Assembly (NCBI RefSeq): GCF_001194135.2
Contig: NC_069000.1
Location: forward strand, 284,070-320,285
Length of the DNA: 36,216 nt
Origin: Octopus bimaculoides
Lineage: Eukaryota
Reading direction: 5' to 3'
This document shows positions 13,420 to 22,733 of this stretch, one piece after another. The first letter of the stretch is position 1, and each line of letters starts with the position of its first letter. Under the pieces are notes generated by a model that did not search any database, was not told the DNA's origin, and worked only from the letters and a program-made list of their open reading frames with translations. A program made the position numbers and the translations under genes.

Positions 13420-13790
13420 GACAGGGATGGTCATGGCTGGAATGCCTTCCAATTATGCCTTTGCCTCTCACTCTATGTGGTCATCTAGTTTGCTAGAAAA
13501 TGCAGTGAAATTTCCTCTCTAATCATGTCATCTTTCTACAGAAGAATGCAATTTCGATAAGATTGGCTTAGTGGGGATGGTCATGGCTAGAACACTTTGA
13601 TTAGGTTTAAACTATCATTCTCAGCCATGATAACCTTTCTCATGTTCCTGGAGCCTCTACGTGGTCTCTCTGTTTACTAGAAACAGCAGTCAAATGATGA
13701 TATATTGGATAATGTCTTTCGTTCGTCTGCATATAAGAAAAAGACAGGATGGTCATGGCAGGAATTCTTTTCATCAGAGTTGAAATCAAA
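13420..13790 (+). mobile_element. Head-to-tail family-4 cluster
   Basis: ggatggtcatgg occurs at about 13426, 13575 and 13747, alternating with the reverse complement of motif B at about 13472 and 13654. Confidence 0.75.
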
Positions 13791-16518
13791 CAGCAACAAC
13801 TGATTCAACATAGTTTCAAAAGTCACACCAGGCAGTGGGGGGGGTATAACTACAGTTTAGTGCCCCATGAACTTACACTGTTTCCTCATAACTTTCTGAA
13901 AAATGCAAAGCCATGTTTTTGAGGATGTAAGATTATGATTAATGCTAAAATTAAAATCTCTTCCATTGTAATTGAGGATCGTTGTCACTCTTCTGGGCTT
14001 TGTTTCCTCATAAAACTGTCTTTTAAAATACATTTCTAAATATCTTGCAGAAAGACATTTTTGAGGGAATAGATTACATAATGCTGTTATTTCAAATAAT
14101 ATTTAAATCAGAAGAATTTTGAAGTAAAAGAAGTTGGGGACAGCCCCAGGGGGGGGGGGATGAACCGATCACAATCTTCACCCTTGAAAATGTGTTTCTG
14201 CAAAACTTCAGTAAAAAAGAAAGAGAATCACGTGGAAACAGTCAGGGTGGCACCAATCTGTAGTTCTAGCACTTTGTGTGTGTGTCTGTGTGACTCACCT
14301 CACTCATCATCACTCAGCTCACTCATCATCACTCCTCCTACACATCATTTGATTCTTATCATCATTGTTTAACGTCTGCCTTCTATACTGGCATGGGTAG
14401 GGTATGTTTTTTTTTTCTTTTGGACAATGGATGTAGGATAACATGATAGATGTCCCTCAGATATGGTTTGGAGATTTAGTTGCTATTACTAGCATGCTGA
14501 CCAATCATGGATGGACGACTGCAGTGGTGAACTAAGACTGAATTATATTTACATGTTTCAGAGCTTCTTTGTAGAGTAAGCCTTTCACCATGCGTGACCA
14601 TGGCAACAGTTTGGTAAAGTGTGTGTAGGTGGGATTTGCCTTTTGGTTCTGATATTCTACAGAATTGGACCCTCTTGGCTGTGGAAGACTTCACCTTCAT
14701 CTTATTCATTTACCTCTAACGAGACATTCAATGATGGGGTTTTGCTTATGACGCTCGCACACTTCACTCTCTCTCTCCTCTGCTCTGAATAAACTAGGAG
14801 CTGTATTGTTGAGTCTTTTGCAATCACTAGAAATGCTGTACATAGGAAGGAGAAAGGCAGGATGCTCATGGGTGGAATGGCTTTGGTCAGCAGTTTATCA
14901 GACCTCGGCTGAACTGGGGCTAAACTCTTTCTCTTGTACATAAATTCCAACAGTTATTTTCGGCATTTTCCCACCACTTCCTCATATTTTTCGTTGGAAA
15001 CTTGAGACTCTGAGTAATGGCTGAAGTCTTTAGCTTAGAATAAATTTCATTTTGACTTTGCTTCTTTCTCCTATATTTGTACAATTAATTTTTGTATCTG
15101 TGCTAAATCAATTATTAATCTATTACATATGTATAATTGTATGAATAAATTATGCAAATATATGGTGTCATGATAGAATTTTCTTGGACTAATGGAAGAC
15201 ATTTTTGTCTTGGACTTATAAAAGACATTGAGTAGAAAGATTTTATCTCCTCCCCTTCCCTCCATTTCTAACTTTCTCTTCCCCCCCCCCCATTTCTAAC
15301 CTCCTACCCTCTCTATGAAGCTTTGTTATACTTCACCCTCACCCAAATAGTCTGTTAGTAGCTGCCATGTCAGTTTTGTTTGAAAGTGGGTGGGAGGCAA
15401 TGTTCAAAGACATTCAAACTAACCATTTTGCGTTTGTCTTTTATAAAATGGTAGAGTATCCTTTCGTTACTATATTTCTGTTAATTAATTTGGAGATTAA
15501 TGAAAAATTCAGTAAAATAACTTTGTACTTGGAATGAAATTTTGATGGAAGATTTTAATTTGGATCCCATTAAACAAGAAGTTTATAGAAGCAGTCTCAG
15601 AAGTGATAACCTGCTATTTCTGGGAGGCTGAAGCACCACGTAGAGAGTCTCTTGGAGCAGAAGGTTAGGTGTGGTACTTTGGATTATGTTACTCTGTGGA
15701 ATCAAAAGAATTGGAGGTGGGCGACGTCTGTGAATGAATGAGTCTCAAGAACTCTCTCGTTTAATGTTTAAGCTGGAAATATAGTTGGAACCTGATGGAA
15801 GAAACTTAATCTGAGAGGCATTATTATTTTTTTTGTCATTGTTGTGCCCTGTTTTTAAGAAATTTCAAGTTGGTGTGGACCAAGCAGATGTATATCAGGG
15901 AAGACCATCTTGTTTTTAGGGGCTACATTGTGTCCTGCTTGACATTTTAGATAGTTGGTGTGATTTGAGAGATTTAGCTGCTGTTTCTAGCTCTAAGCAG
16001 TCACATCTAAGAGACTAATCGTATTGATTCACGTTTCTTATTTGGTGTGTGTGTGTGTGTGTGTGTAAAGTGTTCTATTAACGCACCCCCTCCCCAAGTA
16101 GTTGATTTTTTTCCACAATTAGTTAATTATTGTGAGGGTGGATTATTTTTTTATGAAGGTGGATGTCAAAAATAAATATACAAACCAGAACCAGAGCTCA
16201 CTGTCCAAATGTTTCTGGTTTTGCTGACAGAACCAGTTTCTGTAGTCATAGTAGCAGTGGTGTTGGGAGGTGTTTTTTTGCTAATCTCAGGAGATGGAAG
16301 CGGCCAGAGAAAACACTCTTTTTTGGACATGTCTTTAAAAAAAAAAGAAAAGAAATTCAAATAATTGTGTGGGTATGTGGTTAAGAAGTTTGCTTTCCAA
16401 TAATCTGGTTTTGGGTTCTGGCAAGTGTATTCTAATATATGAACGTTGGGTTAAACCAATCCCTTGGGAGGGAATTTGGTAAATAGAAACTGGAAGCCTG
16501 TCAGGTGTGTTTCTATAT

Positions 16519-16533
16519 GTCTCTCTCTCTTTC

Positions 16534-16564
<31 letters not shown>

Positions 16565-16611
16565 CCCCCTCTCTCTCTCTCTCTTTCTATATGTCTCTCT
16601 CTCTCTCTCTC
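16519..16611. repeat. Imperfect (CT)n microsatellite
   Basis: Directly visible. Confidence 0.95.
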
Positions 16612-17169
16612 ACACACATGGTGAAGCAAACAAAGAAAAACATAACAGAAAGATCTTTTTATTAGTAATTTAACATCTGTTGCCAGCCACCCTGCTTGAT
16701 CACCATGTCAGTTTGTGTCCTTGTAACTAAGCCATTGGGTTTAAGTTTCTAGTAAAAGGGAGTATTGTGGGAAGACCGCTGTCTTCCCACTGTCCAGCCC
16801 TTGACTGAATACAACTGAAATGTGGTGCCTTTGCTTTCGTTAATTTTAAAAAATAATGAAAAATTTAGTGAAATAAATTTGTCATTTGGAAGATCTAATG
16901 AAGTACTTTTGTTGGGATTACTTAAAAGTAGAAAGTTTGGATAACCAACCTGTCTATGAATGCCCCCCCCCCCAAACACACACCAGCAAAATGAATGAAC
17001 TCCCCCTTCCTGAGTGAAATTTAAACTTTAGATGTAACTAAATACCACAAAGACTTTCTGCTGTTTCTGGCGAACATCATTTCTGATGCAGACCACACCC
17101 TTCTTTCACCCAAATGCATTCATTACCATGTTTCTCTTGAAATGTACCACATGATTTTGAGAATAATCA

Positions 17170-17330
17170 TTTTCTTGTTTCAGTCCTCATTGGATTGTGG
17201 TCATACTGGGGCAATGCCTTCAAAGGACTTCAAAGTCTCATACTTAGTCTGTTGGTCTTTTTTGTGAAACTGCTAAGTTGTATGGATGTAAGCAAACCAA
17301 TACTGGTTGTCCACCAGTGGTGTGTGTGTA
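17170..17330 (-). mobile_element. Family-1 SINE tail fragment
   Basis: Reverse complement of the tail motif (cagtc..attggattgtggtcatactggggca), also seen near 2490, 22845 and 31700. Confidence 0.6.
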
Positions 17331-17379
17331 TGTATGTACATATATATATATATACATACATACAGAGAGAGAGAGATGC

Positions 17380-17703
17380 AGGCATGGCTGTGTGGTAAGA
17401 AGCCTGCTTCCCAGCCACATGGTTCCAGGTTCAGTCCCACAGCGTGGCACCTTGGGCAAGTGTCTTCTGCTATAACCTTGGGCCGACCAAAGCCTTGAGT
17501 GGATTTGGTAAATGGAAACCGAAAGAAACCTGTGGTGTACATTACATGTGTGTGTGTGTGTGTGTATAGATCTGTGTGTCTGTGTTTGCCCTCCACCATT
17601 GCTTAGCAACTGATGTTCACATCCCCGTAACTTAAAGGTTTGGCAAAAGTGAACAAGTCCCAGGTTTAAAAAAAATCAGTATTGGGGGTCAATTCATTCC
17701 ACT
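17380..17703 (+). mobile_element. tRNA-derived SINE with CORE-like central motif (family 1)
   Basis: Head GGCATGGCTGTGTGGTAAG with B-box-like GGTTCAGTCC; GGCACCTTGGGCAAGTGTCTT resembles the MIR/CORE motif; (TG)n linker and tail, truncated by the gap. Confidence 0.8.
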
Positions 17704-18495
17704 NNNNNNNNNNNNNNNNNNNNNNNNNNNNNNNNNNNNNNNNNNNNNNNNNNNNNNNNNNNNNNNNNNNNNNNNNNNNNNNNNNNNNNNNNNNNNNNNN
17801 NNNNNNNNNNNNNNNNNNNNNNNNNNNNNNNNNNNNNNNNNNNNNNNNNNNNNNNNNNNNNNNNNNNNNNNNNNNNNNNNNNNNNNNNNNNNNNNNNNNN
17901 NNNNNNNNNNNNNNNNNNNNNNNNNNNNNNNNNNNNNNNNNNNNNNNNNNNNNNNNNNNNNNNNNNNNNNNNNNNNNNNNNNNNNNNNNNNNNNNNNNNN
18001 NNNNNNNNNNNNNNNNNNNNNNNNNNNNNNNNNNNNNNNNNNNNNNNNNNNNNNNNNNNNNNNNNNNNNNNNNNNNNNNNNNNNNNNNNNNNNNNNNNNN
18101 NNNNNNNNNNNNNNNNNNNNNNNNNNNNNNNNNNNNNNNNNNNNNNNNNNNNNNNNNNNNNNNNNNNNNNNNNNNNNNNNNNNNNNNNNNNNNNNNNNNN
18201 NNNNNNNNNNNNNNNNNNNNNNNNNNNNNNNNNNNNNNNNNNNNNNNNNNNNNNNNNNNNNNNNNNNNNNNNNNNNNNNNNNNNNNNNNNNNNNNNNNNN
18301 NNNNNNNNNNNNNNNNNNNNNNNNNNNNNNNNNNNNNNNNNNNNNNNNNNNNNNNNNNNNNNNNNNNNNNNNNNNNNNNNNNNNNNNNNNNNNNNNNNNN
18401 NNNNNNNNNNNNNNNNNNNNNNNNNNNNNNNNNNNNNNNNNNNNNNNNNNNNNNNNNNNNNNNNNNNNNNNNNNNNNNNNNNNNNNNNNNNNNNN
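17704..18495. other. Assembly gap (N run) inside the presumptive first intron
   Basis: N run. Confidence 1.
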
Positions 18496-20739
18496 NTTTT
18501 TTTTTTTTTTTTGCATAATTGTATGAATTCCTTGTGTAGAATACAAATTTACAAAAATTGTTTTGAAAATTCCAAAAACTAAGAGTTACAAGTGATTGGC
18601 ATGTGTTAAAGCAGAATTTGTTTACAGTTGACAATATGAAGTCACGCATAAAATGATAGCTTTCTAATCCTGTTTTCTGACTGCGTAAAAACAATCAAAC
18701 TTTAAACCTTTTGTAACTTTTTATTAAAAAACTTTCTAGAAAAAGCAAATTATCTCCTGAGATTCAGCATGGAAAATTACATTAATACACCAAATTTTAA
18801 AATTTTCACAAAACTTTCAAATTTCTACAGTTGCGGCCAAAGAGAAAAGATCCAAGATCCAAGATCTTCGTCTGCAATGCTTATCACAAAATGAATTCTA
18901 TTGAGGTCATTCTGATTTTCAAGTGGTGCTCTTATCACTTTGCTTAATAATGAGTGCATTATTTTCTAAATTAACTGGAATGAAGACAGAAATCATCATC
19001 ATCATCAAATATGATGACTAACAAGTTTAAACTGACACTGTGTACCCTGGGGGTTGGATTTGAACTGCTGATGTGATTAACTACTGCAAGCTATTTTATC
19101 CTATGTGCCAGGAATTCTGCCATTCATCCTTATTTGGTCCCTAATTTCTCATTGGCAGCTGATCCGAAGTTCATTTGGAGAGAAGTTGATTCCAGAGTAA
19201 TTTCTACTCAAAATATTGAATTAAAATTAGATCTTCACCCGAAGGAATTATTCCACATCAGAATCATGCAAATGGCGCCTAAACCATCAGTCTGTAAAAT
19301 AAGGCAATGGTATTGAACCAACGTGTGTGTGTGTTTATTATTTATTAACATATTGACTCTCCCTAGATAACAATACGCACACACACACACACACACACAC
19401 CACCGCCGCTTCGCTATTTATCTGCGTTAACATATTTAATGAGTCATAGATTAAATATGTTAAGTGACCTCAGTTAATATTTAGGACAAAACAGAAATCT
19501 CAAATATAATTGTTTTTAAAAGAGGGGGGTGTGTGGAGAAAATGGTTTCCATCAGAATTTTAAGCATCGAGTTTAGGTGGTGGTGGTGGTTGTTCAGGCT
19601 GGACTTTGACTTATGATCAAAGACATTCCATTTGTGACATCCTGTTTTAATAGTAAAGAATGGCGTCTAATGTATTTTTTTTTCCATAATAATGAGATTT
19701 GAGGGGAAATTTGGTTGCCATTTTCATTACCAGTTTCAGCACCAATGTGGATAGTTCTTGGTTGGTTTCTATAGGGGTTAGTGATGGTATCAGCAGCATT
19801 GATAATAATGGTAAACAGACCAGTTGTATCCTTTTTTTATTTTTTGGTAAATTAAGAAGAAAAAAAAATACCAGAACACTTTAGTTCCAGATCAGCTCTA
19901 ATCCAGTCGACCCCTAGAAAATACTATTCCAGTTGTGATTATTGAGTCCTTTACATTCTCCAATGTACAAATACATATTTTTAAAGAATATAGTGTGACC
20001 TGAGGGAGGTTTGGTTGCTGTTTCTAGCAGATTGAGCAAGGCTCTGATAGGTCTCACTCATTGAAGGTAATCACAAGAGCTTCACAATTAATGTGGTCCT
20101 GAAATGGTTTTAAAGAGTGGAAGCAAATAAGCCTGAAGGGAAAATCCAGTCCCTGCAAACTGTATTTAAATAATGTCTCTCCTTGCGATATTGAAAACAG
20201 GATCTTCTCATAGAATGTGTTTTGTTGACAAAAAAGCACACGGATATAGTGGAATGTTATATTAATAGAATAGAATGAAGACAGCTTCCTTGTACTCTTC
20301 TTATCTCCCAACACATCCATCGTGATTGTGTTGATTAGGCTAATTTCTGGACTGAGTAGCACATTGCATCGTTGAGCAAGGCATTTCATTTTATGTGACT
20401 CCAGAATCTGCTTGGCTAAAGAGTACCTATTGGTTGTTGGTGCAGCCCTTGGGGGCCATTGGATCCTCTCTAATTGTCCAATGCATATTAGCTAGGAGGA
20501 TGAGAGTTAAAAGGTGATGATGATATGCAAGATGGAAGAGTGCTCTAAAGATATCATATAGTCTGAATAAAAAGAGAAAGTAGAGGGAGCTGTTGGCTTT
20601 GAGGGTGACAAAGGGTTTGATCTGAGTGGAAAAACCGTTTTATGAAGCCTGGTATCATTTGATCGTCTGGCATTAACATAGAATCCTAAAAGATATGAAC
20701 AAAGTGAAAAGAAATGAAGCAGTGATGCTCAACACAATT

Positions 20740-20990
20740 TGTATATTATTTGGGAGAAAAGCTGGATGTGTGGAAGGAAGGAGTTGGGGTTAGGGTACGG
20801 ATGATGAGAGTTGGTTAAGGAAGTAACAGGGGATTCAAGTAGATGCGGAAGACCAAAGAAAATAAGAGATCAGAATGGTAAAAGTTGATCTTGGGATGCT
20901 AAACCTTACAAAAAAAATGTAATAAATGCTGAAAAACTGTTGAAGAGGACTTGTACTTAGTGATACATCATCATTTAATATACACGTGGC
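20740..20990 (+). mobile_element. Degraded RTE-clade LINE 3' remnant
   Basis: Frameshifted fragments DDESWLRK, RCGRPKK and VKVDLGMLNLTKK resemble the RTE C-terminus; ends in a catcatcat tail. Confidence 0.5.
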
Positions 20991-21187
20991 TCAGCTGGAG
21001 TAAGTTAAGGCAGATTTTGTTATGGCCAGATGGCCTTCCTGTTCCCATTCTTCACCTGTTTTGACATGAGCTGATATTTCCCCATGGACAGACATGTTTT
21101 AAATGGAATGTTCGTTCATAAACATCACTTGTAGTATGACTGATGCTTATCGACAACAATTGTGTTATGTCTAGATGAGAGTACATG

Positions 21188-21336
21188 CTTCTGTCAGTTT
21201 CCATCTACCAAAATCCACTCACAAGTGGATTTGGCAGTTTGGGGCTATAGAAGACACTTGCTTAGGTGCTGTGCAGTAGAATTGAACCCAAGACCACGTG
21301 GTTGGGAAGCAAGTTTCTTAACCACACAGCCATACC
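21188..21336 (-). mobile_element. Family-1 SINE head/core copy
   Basis: Reverse-complement similarity to 17380-17530 (aatccactcacaag, gaagacacttgc, gggaagcaag...accacacagccat). Confidence 0.8.
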
Positions 21337-21723
21337 TTTCACTATACAGTCATGAAAGAAACAGATGCAAAAATTCTGAGAGAAAATGTGTGGGTGTGAA
21401 AAACTGTTGAAAGAGAAATTTAAAAAGAAATTCTTTGAGGAGGAGGATTAGGGTATCATGTGTTGCAGTTCTTGTCTATTTTGATGCTGTCAGACAAGAA
21501 AGAACTGCTTGTTAAGTGTGAGAATGAAATTTGGTGCCAGCCAAATATATATTCTTACAGAGATAGTCTTGTATATCTATAAATGAAATTTCTTTTCCTT
21601 CCAAGTAATTCTAAACAACTTTCATTTAAGAAAGCCTACCAATCTGTGATGATTGATGTTTTAAATTTATTTATTTTATTGAAAATTGTCTCTTAGCAAT
21701 ATGAAACGTTTTTCTTAAGTTGT

Positions 21724-22040
21724 GGCCGATGATAGCACCGCCTGACTGGCATCTGTGCTAGTGGAACGTTAAGAGCACCATCTGAGTGTAATCGTTGCCA
21801 GTGCTGCTGGACTGGCTCCTGTGCAGGTGGCACATAAAAAACACCATTTGAGCATGGCTATTGCCAGTACCGCCTGACTGGCCATCGTGCTGGTGGCACG
21901 TAAAAGCCCCCACTACACTCTCGGAGTGGTTGGTGTTAGGAAGGTCATCCAGCTGTAGAAACTCTGCCAGATCAGATTGGAGCCTGGTGCAGCCTTCTGG
22001 TTCACCAGTCCTCAGTCAAATCGTCTGACACAGGGCATCT
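21724..22040 (+). mobile_element. SINE-like repeat with internal tandem subunits and RTE-type 3' tail
   Basis: Three diverged subunits (accgcctgactggc..gtgctggtggcacgtaaaag-like), followed by gttaggaaggtcatccagctgtagaaac. The same tail motif recurs near 28845 and 29745. Confidence 0.65.
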
Positions 22041-22607
22041 ATGGCCGACCTCCTTACTCTGTCCCTTTTCAATAACAGGACTTAAGGCAATGCCTTCTAT
22101 ACACACATCTACACACCTATGAACCAACATACGACTACTTTAGTTTGTAATGTTATTCACTCTCAGAAACCAACAAGTCTTTTATATATTGGTCAACTTA
22201 TTAGAAATAGCAGCTAAAATTCCCTTCAATCACACCTTACTGGTTGGAAAAGTAAAAGGCTATTGGCAGTAGTAATCTTGTCAAATATAATTTTGGTTAT
22301 AATTCTCTTCAATCTGGCTTTGATAATACTGTCCTCTTCATCATTAATTAAAAATTCTTCTTTTTCAATTGATTACAATTAACTTCTTTTTTTTTTTTAG
22401 CTGTTATTCTCTTTCCCTCGCTTGTAAACAATCTATTTTTATTTTTACTAATTTCTTTTTCTAAATAAGATTAATTTTTTCAAACAATTCCCTTCATTAT
22501 TAGAGATTAAACTTTGTTTTTTGATAATGCAGCTGTAAGATATTTAAATGAGTAACAAACGATAATCTTATTAACTGATCAACTTAATGTGTTTTAAATA
22601 TTTTTAG

Positions 22608-22733
22608 GCCTTTTAAATTCCAAGATGACTACCACTTCTCCCCGGCCATTTTTGGATGAAATCAAAACTACCAAGAAGGACGACCTGCAGCACATCGATG
22701 TCCAAGAGAAGACGGCTCTTCCGACGAAAACTG
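22608..22733 (+). CDS. Beta-thymosin first coding exon (17 nt leader, ATG at 22625, repeat 1 core)
   Basis: Acceptor tttttag at 22607; caagATG has A at -3; reads MTTTSPRPFLDEIKTTKKDDLQHIDVQEKTALPTKT; donor CTG|GTGAGA at 22734. Confidence 0.92.

Noticed and set aside
17666-18694. Long ORFs (262-342 aa) at 17666-18694, 33206-33695 and 34817-35803
   Set aside because: They are artefacts of translating N runs; the flanks are SINE or microsatellite sequence.
19128-19137. CArG box CCTTATTTGG (SRF site), attractive for an actin regulator
   Set aside because: A few such 10-mers are expected by chance in 36 kb of AT-rich DNA; there is no cluster or conservation evidence.
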